Positions 1-8,963 of a stretch of DNA of 64,000 bases are shown one piece after another. The first letter of the stretch is position 1, and every line of letters starts with the position of its first letter. The notes under the pieces are model-generated. The model ran no database searches, was not told the DNA's origin, and saw only the letters and a list, made by a program, of their open reading frames with translations. A program made the translations under genes and the position numbers. The stretch lies in the NCBI GenBank assembly GCA_964349135.1, contig CAYGFK010000003.1, positions 12,252 to 76,251 on the forward strand. The letters run 5' to 3'. The stretch comes from an uncultured Candidatus Saccharibacteria bacterium. Its GTDB lineage: Bacteria > Patescibacteriota > Minisyncoccia > Phycocordibacterales > DSPV01.

Positions 1-399
1 ATGGTCATATCAGCTGACCTCTTTGGAATGACTACGACAAATCGAGATGACCTCAACATCGGCCAAATTCTTGAGGATGCACTTCTGAATTTTGACTATG
101 TTGCACCAATGGTTTACCCATCGCATTACCCCTCGGGATTCATCGGCATTACCAATCCTGCGTCAAAGCCATATGAAGTTGTTCGGTATTCGATGGATGA
201 GGCGGTAAAGCGTTCGAGCACTACTCCCTTAAAGTTGCGACCCTGGTTACAGGATTTTCATCTTGGTGCAGATTACACACCGGACATGGTTCGCGCTCAA
301 ATTCAGGCCGTGTATGACAGCGGTCTGACTTCATGGATGCTTTGGAACGCATCGAATCGCTATACGAAAGAGGCGCTCGACCTTACAGAAGGGAGGTGA
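1..399 (+). CDS. C-terminal 132 aa of a protein truncated by the window edge; hypothetical, possibly a glycoside-hydrolase-like TIM-barrel domain
   Basis: Open frame runs from the window edge to TGA at 397-399. Function is a weak guess from general resemblance (YPSHYPSGFIGITNP...WMLWN). Confidence 0.35.
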   Translation: MVISADLFGMTTTNRDDLNIGQILEDALLNFDYVAPMVYPSHYPSGFIGITNPASKPYEVVRYSMDEAVKRSSTTPLKLRPWLQDFHLGADYTPDMVRAQIQAVYDSGLTSWMLWNASNRYTKEALDLTEGR

Positions 400-428
400 T
401 TGACTTTTATACTATACCATAGTATAAT
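400..428 (+). promoter_or_regulatory. Near-consensus sigma70-type promoter (TTGACT, 17 nt spacer, TATAAT)
   Basis: TTGACT at 400-405, 17-nt spacer, TATAAT at 423-428. The predicted start point near 435 lies just after the stop of ORF 1..399. Confidence 0.55.
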
Positions 429-774
429 ATTTATGGTATTGAACAGTGGCCTCGACAAGAGGTACTATGTTCCTTGGTGACTCCTATGGATGGAGTCGCG
501 TTGTACCCAAACAAAAACACAAACATACAGAGTGTATATGCAACCACAACTATCGGGATCGGTTCATGGAACCGATGCAGGTTCAAACGTCCTTATTACG
601 TTTCCGCCCCAGCAGAATGGGAAGAATGGCCACCACACCATTGACCTCATCGGAGGCGGTAGTCTGACTCGGACTCGGGAAGAGCAAGTTGCGTTCATGC
701 GGGTGTGTCGCGCAGAAGCGGACCGCAGCGCGGCTGTGGACGCCAGACGGTTCAGATGATGTCTTGTGTTGTTA

Positions 775-808
775 GCCCCGGCCTCTTTTTGAGGCCGGGG
801 CTTTTTTC
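775..808 (+). terminator. Rho-independent terminator
   Basis: Perfect 11-bp stem GCCCCGGCCTC/GAGGCCGGGGC (775-785 and 791-801), TTTTT loop, followed by TTTTTTC. Confidence 0.7.
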
Positions 809-848
809 ATTTGTGGCGCCCGCTATTCGAGAGAGGTATACTAGAGAC

Positions 849-2546
849 GTGAATCCTTCTGAACATGAAAATGCCATAACCTATTTTGCGCAGACTGATG
901 CGCGCAATAAATGCGTTCCATTCGGCATCAAGTCAGCGGACCGTACTCGCCATGTCTACGTCATCGGAAAAACCGGTATGGGTAAATCAACCGTGCTTGA
1001 GAATATGGCCATTCAGGATATCAAGAACGGGCACGGGCTTGCGTTCGTTGACCCTCACGGGAAGACCGCAGAACTTCTTCTCGATTATGTACCCGCTGAC
1101 CGTGTGAGAGACGTTCTCTATTTCGCTCCGTTCGACACCGATTTTCCGGTTTCGTTTAATGTCATGGAAGATGTGGGTGCCGACAAACGTCACCTTGTCT
1201 CAAACGGTCTCATGTCGGCGTTCAAGAAAATATGGGTTGATGCATGGTCCGCGCGTATGGAGTACATTCTCAACAACATTCTGCTCGCACTTCTTGAGTA
1301 TCCCGATTCAACGCTCATCGGCGTCAATCGTATGCTTGCCGATAAGGAGTATCGTAAGCGGGTTGTTGAGAACATCACCGATGTTTCAGTAAAATCGTTC
1401 TGGGTAGATGAGTTCGCTCGGTATGGCGACCGCTACATGCAGGAGGCCGGCGCCGCTATTCAGAATAAAATCGGTCAGTTCATTTCGAATCCGCTCGTCC
1501 GAAATATTATCGGACAGCCAAAATCATCGTTTGATTTGCGTACCATGATGGACGAGAAGAAAATACTCATCGTCAACCTCTCGAAAGGAAGAGTGGGGGA
1601 GGCGAATGCAAACCTCCTCGGTAGCATGCTCATCACGAAGATTTATTTAGGTGCGATGTCGCGAGCCGATACTCCGGAACGTGAGTTGCGTATTCTTCCG
1701 AATTTTTATCTCTATGTTGATGAGTTTCAATCATTTGCGAATGAGAGCTTTGCCGATATTCTCTCGGAGGCGCGTAAATATAAATTAAATCTCACTATTG
1801 CGCACCAGTATATCGAGCAGATGTCTGATGAGGTTCGTGCGGCGGTGTTTGGCAACGTGGGAACAATGATTACTTTCCGTGTCGGTGCGCTTGATGCTGA
1901 AGTTCTTGAGAAAGAGTTCGCCCCTCAATTTACGGCACAAGACCTCGTCAATCTCGGGAAATTCCAGACGTATATGAAACTAATGATAGACGGAGTTACG
2001 TCTCCGCCATTCTCGGCAACGACGCTTCCTCCTATTGCCACAGGCCCTACATCGTATCGTGAGGCCATCATCTCGCTTTCGCGTAGCGTCTATGCGCACT
2101 CTCGCGAGGATGTCGAGAGAGGTCTTAGAGAATGGCATGCCGACCACGGAAATGATGAACAAAAGAAAACCGAGCCCGGGGTATCTAAGGACGGCCGTTT
2201 ACCAAATCATCGGCGTCAGCAACCTTCTCAACGTCCTCATGAACGGCCCTCTCGCAGGGACCCTGAAATAGGAGAGCCAGCATTACCAAACAGGGCTTCA
2301 CTCAATACGCTAAAACAGAAGCCAAAGAAAGAGTCGCGACCGGCCGACACGGGAGCGCTTAGGCAAGCTCTTGCCGAAGCCCTGAAAGAACACAAAGCTT
2401 CATCTCTGGAGGAGAAAGATTCTCATGAGAGAAAAGAAGAGGGGGGTAACGATGAATCACCGTCTGATTCAAAACCGAATGTGTCAGAAACGAAACGCGA
2501 AGTCCCCGAGGAGACATTGCGGAAAATTCTTGATGGTGAACGATAG
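849..2546 (+). CDS. TraD/VirD4-like (type IV coupling protein-like) P-loop ATPase with a disordered K/E/R/P-rich C-terminal tail
   Basis: Walker A GKTGMGKST and Walker B LYVDEFQ are both present. The annotated frame opens at GTG 705, but the terminator at 775-808 lies inside it, so a GTG near 849 is the more likely start. Confidence 0.6.
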   Translation: MNPSEHENAITYFAQTDARNKCVPFGIKSADRTRHVYVIGKTGMGKSTVLENMAIQDIKNGHGLAFVDPHGKTAELLLDYVPADRVRDVLYFAPFDTDFPVSFNVMEDVGADKRHLVSNGLMSAFKKIWVDAWSARMEYILNNILLALLEYPDSTLIGVNRMLADKEYRKRVVENITDVSVKSFWVDEFARYGDRYMQEAGAAIQNKIGQFISNPLVRNIIGQPKSSFDLRTMMDEKKILIVNLSKGRVGEANANLLGSMLITKIYLGAMSRADTPERELRILPNFYLYVDEFQSFANESFADILSEARKYKLNLTIAHQYIEQMSDEVRAAVFGNVGTMITFRVGALDAEVLEKEFAPQFTAQDLVNLGKFQTYMKLMIDGVTSPPFSATTLPPIATGPTSYREAIISLSRSVYAHSREDVERGLREWHADHGNDEQKKTEPGVSKDGRLPNHRRQQPSQRPHERPSRRDPEIGEPALPNRASLNTLKQKPKKESRPADTGALRQALAEALKEHKASSLEEKDSHERKEEGGNDESPSDSKPNVSETKREVPEETLRKILDGER

Positions 2547-3315
2547 TGTCAGAACAATTTCTTTAGGTGTGTTGTGCGCGCTGTGCACGCTACCCGCAAC
2601 CGTATCGGGCGATGTTATTATCACAGAGATAATGTACGACCTTGAGGGCTCTGATGCGGGTCGAGAGTGGATAGAGATATTCAATACATCTCAATCGAGT
2701 GTTGATTTGACGGGATGGAAAGTACATGACAGCTCAAATCATGTGCTGGCACTCCCTCCTGCAAAAGGAGGGAAAGGTTCGCTCGTGGTTCCCGCCGAAT
2801 CATATGCCATTCTTGCCGATGACGCGACCGTATTTCTAAACGAGCAGACCGTCGAAGTTTCTGTCATAGACACCGTACTGAGTTTCGGCCAACAGGACGG
2901 GCGCGAATATACGATTACACTCTTTGAACGGGAGGGAAGACGGGTTAGCACTGCCGTGTATACAACACTACTTGGAGCGCGCGGTGACGGATATTCACTA
3001 CAGCGGACACAGTCCGGGTCATGGATTTTTGCAGTTCCGACGCCGGGAGGTCAGAATGCAATCTCTCAGCCTGAAGTTAGAAATCTTCGTGAAGAAGTCA
3101 GTATGTTGTCGGAATCGGAAGTTGTGCCACATGCGGAGACGCTTGTGTCGGCGTTAGCACAAACGGAATCTCCAGAAGCTCATCCCCAAGACTCTGCTTT
3201 CAGATGGTATGTGGCGCTTGCTGGACTGGTGACAATTGCGTCACTTGCGTATCTGACGGGTCGGCCAAAACAAAGTGACGAATTCGAGATAATCGAGGAA
3301 AAAGATACCGTATAA
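2533..3315 (+). CDS. Secreted/anchored Lamin-tail-domain (LTD) protein with N-terminal signal peptide and C-terminal TM helix
   Basis: LTD-type motif ITEIMYD..G.DAGREWIEIFN....DLTGW. Signal-like N-terminus MVNDSVRTISLGVLCALCTLPATVSG and a hydrophobic C-terminal helix. ATG 2533 overlaps the stop of the upstream gene. Confidence 0.6.
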   Translation: MVNDSVRTISLGVLCALCTLPATVSGDVIITEIMYDLEGSDAGREWIEIFNTSQSSVDLTGWKVHDSSNHVLALPPAKGGKGSLVVPAESYAILADDATVFLNEQTVEVSVIDTVLSFGQQDGREYTITLFEREGRRVSTAVYTTLLGARGDGYSLQRTQSGSWIFAVPTPGGQNAISQPEVRNLREEVSMLSESEVVPHAETLVSALAQTESPEAHPQDSAFRWYVALAGLVTIASLAYLTGRPKQSDEFEIIEEKDTV

Positions 3316-3316
3316 A

Positions 3317-3345
3317 TTGACACCGGTACCGTTTTTTTATAATCT
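3317..3345 (+). promoter_or_regulatory. sigma70-like promoter for gene 3382..3717
   Basis: TTGACA at 3317-3322; TATAAT or TAATCT at 15-17 nt spacing. AGGAG Shine-Dalgarno 7 nt before ATG 3382. Confidence 0.5.
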
Positions 3346-3381
3346 CTTTAGAGAAAATTTCAAAGAGAAAGGAGTAACGGT

Positions 3382-3717
3382 ATGATACCAAGGATATTGA
3401 TTCTCGACGTCGAGTCGGTTGTCCGCTTGTTTCTCAGTTCGGGTAATTCATTGGTCCATTTAAGTATCGATGAAGACCTACTCCGAAAAAGTATCGGCAA
3501 TTATAAGCCGGTCATTATCACGTCGCCACGCTACAACGCAACGATTATAGCCTACGCGTTCTCTGATTACGTGTTTAATCACACCCCTGTCATTGATTCA
3601 GAACTTCTCCAGTGCGACTCTGTCGTTGCTTTTCAAAGAGCGGAGGCTATTTGGGATTCGCTTGAGGGTTCGGTTGCGCACTCTTATGGCGCCGCACTTA
3701 TGCTTGCGGAGCCGTGA
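3382..3717 (+). CDS. Hypothetical 111-aa protein (standalone transcription unit)
   Basis: Strong Shine-Dalgarno AAAGGAG, its own promoter, and a terminator at 3726-3757. No family recognised. Confidence 0.5.
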   Translation: MIPRILILDVESVVRLFLSSGNSLVHLSIDEDLLRKSIGNYKPVIITSPRYNATIIAYAFSDYVFNHTPVIDSELLQCDSVVAFQRAEAIWDSLEGSVAHSYGAALMLAEP

Positions 3718-3725
3718 TTCAGACA

Positions 3726-3757
3726 GCAGAGGGGTACACCCCCCTCTGCTTTTTATT
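3726..3757 (+). terminator. Rho-independent terminator
   Basis: GCAGAGGGG ... CCCCTCTGC stem followed by TTTTTATT. Confidence 0.7.
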
Positions 3758-3807
3758 CTCCATACAAAGGGCTTGCCACGGTATAAATGACGGGCTAGTA
3801 TGGACAT

Positions 3808-5970
3808 GTGCGGAAAATCCTTGTATTTTCAACGAATTTTCTGCCAAATATAGGCGGGGCGGAGATTGCTATAGAGCAGATTACAAACCGTCTTACTGAG
3901 GCAGAATTCTCCCTTATTACACCCCGATTACGGGGTGCTCTGCCTTCTTGTGAGCAGAGGGGGCGTGTGGCGGTCTATAGAGTTGGTCTTGGTTTTTGGG
4001 GCGATAAATTTCTCATCCCGATTCTCGGATTTTTAAAAGCACGCTCGCTTCATCAGTCGCAAAAATTTGACGCTCTGTGGTGCATGATGGCCAGCCAGGC
4101 GTCGGTTGCCACCGCTTTTTTCAAAGTATTTAATCCGCGCATTCCGCTTTTACTTACGCTACAGGAAGGTGATGAAGAGGCCCATTTGTATAGATACGTG
4201 TTTGGAAGTGAAATGTTGTATCGTCTGTTCATCAGGCCATGGTACACTCTCGTGTTTAAGGTTGCTGATAGGATAACGGTGCTTAGTCGGTATCTTGAAA
4301 CGCGAGCACGCGAGCACGCACTCGCGGTTCCCATTGTACTTGTTCCAAACGGCGTTGATACGGTCCGATTTGTTCATAATCCGGACGCACGGATTGCAAT
4401 GCGAAATAAACTCGGATTTTCTGACGGAGATTTCGTCATTATCACCGTGTCTCGTTTGGTTGAGAAAAATGCTGTGTCAGACATTATCGCGTCGATGTCC
4501 TTTCTTCCTCACACATGTAAACTGCTTATCGTGGGGGAGGGACACTTGGAGCAGGAGCTTCGTGCGCAAGTCTCGGTCTCAGACCTCGTCTCGCGCGTTA
4601 CCTTCATGGGTAGTGTTGAAAATGCTCATCTTGGTGACTACTTATCTGCATCGGATGCATTTGTCCGCCCGTCCTTGTCAGAAGGATTTGGCATTTCTTT
4701 TATGGAGGCGATGGCTGCCGGGGTCCCTGTTATCGCGACGCCGGTTGGCGGCATTCCGGACTTTCTCACGGACAAGAAAACCGGATTATTTTGCGGAGTG
4801 CGCGACCCAAAAGATATTGCTCTCAAGGTTGAGGTGTTGATGAAGGATTATGATTTACGCGCGTCAATTATCGAGGAGGCACAAAAACTCGCTCGGGAAA
4901 GGTACGAGTGGAGTGCGATAGCCCAAACAATGAATCGAGAAGGGTTCGAGCCCCTCTACGCACTCACGAGTGAGCGCATTCTAATTGCAACAGGTATTTA
5001 CCCGCCTGAACATGGTGGGCCGGCAAAATACGCGGAAGAACTTCCAAGTGCGCTGAGAGCTCAAGGGCACTCGGTGTCAGTGCAGGCGTTCAGTACGGTG
5101 CGCCTTCCGTCGGTTCTCCGTCATCTTGTCTTTGCGTGTAAGATACTTGCACCGGTGCGCGCCGCTGATTGGATTTTTGTGCTCGATACTTTTTCTGCGG
5201 CACTTCCGACTGTCTTCCTTGCGTGGCTTTTCAGAAAGAAGACAATCATCCGCATTGGAGGTGATTTTCTTTGGGAGCAGTATGTTGAGCGGACTGGTGA
5301 ACCTATCGTGCTCCCTGATTTTTATGATGCGAAACGAGCATTTACGCTAAAAGAAAAGGCGGTATTTTGGCTAACGAAGTTTGTTGTGCATCGTGCCACA
5401 CGACTCATTTTTTCCACTTCTTGGCAGCGAGATATATGGCTCAAACCGTATGGAATTTCAGTCGAGCGTACTGAGATTGTGCGGAATTTTATGGGGCGCA
5501 AAGAACGAGCAAAGCCGATTTCGAAGAAGAATTTCGTATTTGCCGGACGGCCACTTCGGTTGAAGAATGCCGGCCTGCTAAAAGAGGCATTTACTCTTGC
5601 CAGTCGTACAGTCCCTGATATTGAGCTAGAGTTTTTGTCTCTACCCCACTCTGAGCTTATGGAGCATCTCTCGAGTTCGTATGCCGTTGTCGTTCCATCG
5701 CTTTCGGAAGTGAGTCCAAACCTTGTCCTTGAGGCAATTCGATACAGTAAACCATTCATCGCGACAAAACAGTGCGGTTTGTACCATGAGCTTCGCGAGC
5801 TTGGTATGTGGGTTGACCCACTGCGTGAGGAAGAGCTGGTGAATGCAATCAGGCGATTGTCCGATGACCGGCATTACGAAGAACAGGTTCGGAAGCTCGA
5901 GAAGTTTTCGGATGTCCGAGAGTGGGATGCGATTGCCAGGGATGTTATTTCCGTATTCAAAAAATTATGA
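3808..5970 (+). CDS. Two-domain glycosyltransferase (tandem GT4/GT-B modules fused in one 720-aa protein)
   Basis: Two GT4-like N-termini, FSTNFLPNIGGAEI and ATGIYPPEHGGPAKY. The first half carries a GT4 C-terminal EGFGISFMEAMAAGVPVIAT motif. GTG start. Confidence 0.7.
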   Translation: MRKILVFSTNFLPNIGGAEIAIEQITNRLTEAEFSLITPRLRGALPSCEQRGRVAVYRVGLGFWGDKFLIPILGFLKARSLHQSQKFDALWCMMASQASVATAFFKVFNPRIPLLLTLQEGDEEAHLYRYVFGSEMLYRLFIRPWYTLVFKVADRITVLSRYLETRAREHALAVPIVLVPNGVDTVRFVHNPDARIAMRNKLGFSDGDFVIITVSRLVEKNAVSDIIASMSFLPHTCKLLIVGEGHLEQELRAQVSVSDLVSRVTFMGSVENAHLGDYLSASDAFVRPSLSEGFGISFMEAMAAGVPVIATPVGGIPDFLTDKKTGLFCGVRDPKDIALKVEVLMKDYDLRASIIEEAQKLARERYEWSAIAQTMNREGFEPLYALTSERILIATGIYPPEHGGPAKYAEELPSALRAQGHSVSVQAFSTVRLPSVLRHLVFACKILAPVRAADWIFVLDTFSAALPTVFLAWLFRKKTIIRIGGDFLWEQYVERTGEPIVLPDFYDAKRAFTLKEKAVFWLTKFVVHRATRLIFSTSWQRDIWLKPYGISVERTEIVRNFMGRKERAKPISKKNFVFAGRPLRLKNAGLLKEAFTLASRTVPDIELEFLSLPHSELMEHLSSSYAVVVPSLSEVSPNLVLEAIRYSKPFIATKQCGLYHELRELGMWVDPLREEELVNAIRRLSDDRHYEEQVRKLEKFSDVREWDAIARDVISVFKKL

Positions 5971-7085
5971 TACGCGTTATTTCAATAGGAACTGATAGAA
6001 ATGTTTTTGAAAAGGGGAGTGCCGTTCGGGAACGTCTCTTAAAACAGCGAGATTTCTTCTCGGAGTTGCACGTAATCGTGTTCACTCCGCGTCATTCGAA
6101 TTATACCGTCGAGCACATAGGGAATCTATGGCTCTACCCGACGAATTCATGGACCAAATGGTTATACCCGCACGATGCGGCGTCGCTTGCGAAAGTTCTT
6201 GTCCATCAGCGTGAGATGGTTTTGCGTGGCTCCGTTATCACTGTTCAGGACCCGTTCGAGTGCGGACTGGCAGGACTAACGGTACACAAGGCGACGGGGC
6301 TTCCATTGCATGTTCAGGTGCATACCGATTTCTTGAATCCGCTTTTTAGAAAGCTTTCTCTTCTCAATCGCATTCGTATTTTGATAGCCCGGCGCGTGCT
6401 TCTTCAGGCGTCCAGGGTTCGTGTCGTGAGTGCGCGCATCATGGATACTCTGGTAAATGTGTTCCCAATGCTTGCGGGCAGAATTACCGTACTTCCGGTT
6501 TGGACGGCAAAGAAAAGTTTATCTCGACATGAGGGTAGTAGCGGACGTTTGGCTATCATGCTTTCTCGTTTCGCCCCCGAGAAAGATATCGGTGTTGCGC
6601 TTGATGCGGTATCCAGAACTGTCTTGAACGGTGATGCCATTGGATTGACGCTTGTGGGTGAAGGGAAAGAGAAAGATTCTATTGCGCGTGCGATTACTCA
6701 AAAGAACATAGGGGAGTACGTTCACATCGAAGGGTGGCGCCACGATACTACATCCATCCTCTCGTTAGCTGATATGGCTTTGTCCACATCGCACTTTGAA
6801 GGGTTCGGTATTTCTCTGCTCGAATATGCCACTGCAGGTATTCCTATCATTGCTACCGATGCGGGTATCGCTACTGAGCTCATTCCTGAAGCGTATAAGA
6901 GGTTTATTTGTCCTATTGGAGACAGCCAATGTTTTTCAGACCGCATGAAAGAGTTGGCACATGACCCTCTGCTCCGCGCTTCGTACGGTTCTGCTCTGAA
7001 GCTGTCGGCGAAGAAGTTTCAAATCCCCGAAAAAGATTATTGGGACAGGTATCGGGACGATATTGAGCGTTGCATAGAACAATAA
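5967..7085 (+). CDS. Glycosyltransferase family 4 (GT-B)
   Basis: EGFGISLLEYATAGIPIIATD motif. ATGA overlap with the upstream stop. Confidence 0.7.
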   Translation: MIRVISIGTDRNVFEKGSAVRERLLKQRDFFSELHVIVFTPRHSNYTVEHIGNLWLYPTNSWTKWLYPHDAASLAKVLVHQREMVLRGSVITVQDPFECGLAGLTVHKATGLPLHVQVHTDFLNPLFRKLSLLNRIRILIARRVLLQASRVRVVSARIMDTLVNVFPMLAGRITVLPVWTAKKSLSRHEGSSGRLAIMLSRFAPEKDIGVALDAVSRTVLNGDAIGLTLVGEGKEKDSIARAITQKNIGEYVHIEGWRHDTTSILSLADMALSTSHFEGFGISLLEYATAGIPIIATDAGIATELIPEAYKRFICPIGDSQCFSDRMKELAHDPLLRASYGSALKLSAKKFQIPEKDYWDRYRDDIERCIEQ

Positions 7086-7089
7086 CGCC

Positions 7090-7548
7090 ATGCTTTCTTT
7101 TTATACAAATTTGAAATCTTTGTGGTGGCGCATCCTTGAACGTCTCCATCCCGGCCTGCATCGAACAGTTTTCAGGTATCGGATGTACGTTAAATATCTC
7201 ATTGCCGGCAGTACGGCGGCGGGAGTAAATTTACTCTCAATCCTCTTGTTTGTTGAGGTGTTGGGTACGTACTATCTTCTTGGCTCCGCTCTCGCCTTCA
7301 TCCTCGGTTTTATCACAAGCTTTATTTTGCAGAAATTCTTTACCTTCGGTGATACCACGCTTCATGTGGTACATCGCCAGCTCGCACTTTATTTCGGCAT
7401 CGCTCTTGGAAATCTTGGTTTGAATACGATTCTGGTGTTCGTGTTTGTTGAATTTCTCGGGGTCTGGTATTTCCTTTCGCAGATGGTTGCAAGCGTTCTC
7501 ATAGCCGTAGCGAGCTTTTACCTCTATAAACGATTCGTCTTTATTTAA
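7090..7548 (+). CDS. GtrA-family small membrane protein (flippase-associated)
   Basis: Four TM helices with a GtrA-like KYLIAGSTAAGVNLLSILLFVEVLG segment. Start may instead be ATG 7183. Confidence 0.6.
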   Translation: MLSFYTNLKSLWWRILERLHPGLHRTVFRYRMYVKYLIAGSTAAGVNLLSILLFVEVLGTYYLLGSALAFILGFITSFILQKFFTFGDTTLHVVHRQLALYFGIALGNLGLNTILVFVFVEFLGVWYFLSQMVASVLIAVASFYLYKRFVFI

Positions 7549-7574
7549 ATCCTGTCTAGACGTCTCCAAAAGCC

Positions 7575-8963
7575 ATGTATGCTAGTATGAATTCCATGAT
7601 TTTCAAAGGTTTTTTGAGAACCTACAGGATGGAGGTGCTCATCTTTATCCTTGCGCTTGCCACTCGGCTCGTGCTTTTTTCTATCAATCTAGACTTTAAT
7701 AATGGAGACTTTATTCAGACAATCCGAGGTCAGGACGGCTACTATGAAATAAGTAAAAATCTGATTGAGGGGAATGGGTTTACTTTTGACAAAGACCTTA
7801 AGCCGGACCCTCTGCGTCCTCCTGTCTGGCCGTATACGATGGCGCTCATTGCGTGGGTGTTTAATTCCTATATTCCGGTATTCATTTTCGAGGTCATTAT
7901 TGCGAGTCTCATTCCCATTCTTGGCATGCGTCTTGCTCGTCGCATTATCACTCCGAAGCTCTCAACTATCGTAGGGTTTCTCTTGGCGATTGAGCCTTAT
8001 GGAGTCTTTCTCTCAATTCTTACGATTACCGAAACCCCGTTCACTTTCCTTTTCCTTCTTTCAATCCTGTTTCTTTTTAGATATCTTGAACAGCAGACAG
8101 CACGGAATATAGTTTGGTCAGGCATCTTTCTTGGACTCGCCATTATGATTAAGCCGACCATTCAATTTTTCCCAGTGCTTGTTCCTATCGCACTATACCT
8201 TTGGTTCAGGAAGAGTCGGCCAGAAAATTTTTTCAAACATCTCTTTGCCTACGTGCTTATAAGCGTGGCGATTATCGCTCCGTGGGTATGTCGGAATTAC
8301 GTTGTTTTTAACGGGTTCGGATTGAGTGCACAACCAGCATTCAATCTCTATTTTGTTCTCGCTCCGTCAGTTCTTTCGCTTGAGAACGGTACTAACTTTG
8401 CGACAGAGTATGAGGCGTTTACGTCACCTGACGACGAAGTCACACTTACAAATTCTTCCGAGTACATTCAAAAAGCACTCACGGTGTTCAAGGAGCATAA
8501 GTTCGCGTTTATAAAATCTCTCGGCGTTAGTATCGTAACCTTCTTCACGCACGACGGCATGCTCACTCTCATGTCGTATTCCGGCATCGGTGTTCCAAAC
8601 TTGCTTGATAAACCGGCACTGGTACTGCTAGTGACGGAGCCACAAGAGCTGTTTTCTCTCATTCTCTTCTATCTCCGTTCTCCAGCCGTGGCAATTTTGA
8701 TTGTTCGACTCCTCTGGATTGCCATAACGGCACTCGCGCTCTTCGGTGTGGCACGATATCTCTTTCGTGAAAAGCTTACCCCATTTGTGCTTGGTGCGAC
8801 TCTCATCATCGCGTATTTTGCTCTGCTCACTACGGTCAACGGTCTTGGTATGAATGCGCGGTTTAGGGTTCCGGTAAATGCGTTCATTTTTACGTTTGCG
8901 GTTTACGGGTTTGTTGCCATTCACGCGAAGATACAAGCTAAGCTTGTCACACGTCATGCGTAA
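7575..8963 (+). CDS. Polytopic GT-C-type membrane glycosyltransferase (ArnT/PMT-like)
   Basis: About 12 predicted TM helices. Sits between GtrA and a GT2, which is the usual Gtr arrangement. Start may be ATG 7629. Confidence 0.5.
   Translation: MYASMNSMIFKGFLRTYRMEVLIFILALATRLVLFSINLDFNNGDFIQTIRGQDGYYEISKNLIEGNGFTFDKDLKPDPLRPPVWPYTMALIAWVFNSYIPVFIFEVIIASLIPILGMRLARRIITPKLSTIVGFLLAIEPYGVFLSILTITETPFTFLFLLSILFLFRYLEQQTARNIVWSGIFLGLAIMIKPTIQFFPVLVPIALYLWFRKSRPENFFKHLFAYVLISVAIIAPWVCRNYVVFNGFGLSAQPAFNLYFVLAPSVLSLENGTNFATEYEAFTSPDDEVTLTNSSEYIQKALTVFKEHKFAFIKSLGVSIVTFFTHDGMLTLMSYSGIGVPNLLDKPALVLLVTEPQELFSLILFYLRSPAVAILIVRLLWIAITALALFGVARYLFREKLTPFVLGATLIIAYFALLTTVNGLGMNARFRVPVNAFIFTFAVYGFVAIHAKIQAKLVTRHA

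Noticed and set aside
436-774. Possible tmRNA, RNase P RNA, SRP RNA or 6S RNA in the promoter-terminator-bounded interval
   Set aside because: No GGGG...CCA tRNA-like ends, no P4 GGAAAGUCCGG/ACAGAA motifs and no SRP domain IV consensus could be found. Kept only as an unclassified candidate.
705-848. Annotated ORF start (GTG 705) for the TraD-like ATPase, including residues MSRRSGPQRG...
   Set aside because: A perfect intrinsic terminator (775-808) lies inside this N-terminal extension, so translation more plausibly starts near GTG 849.
5322-5759. 145-aa minus-strand ORF
   Set aside because: Antisense to the second GT4 module of 3808..5970.
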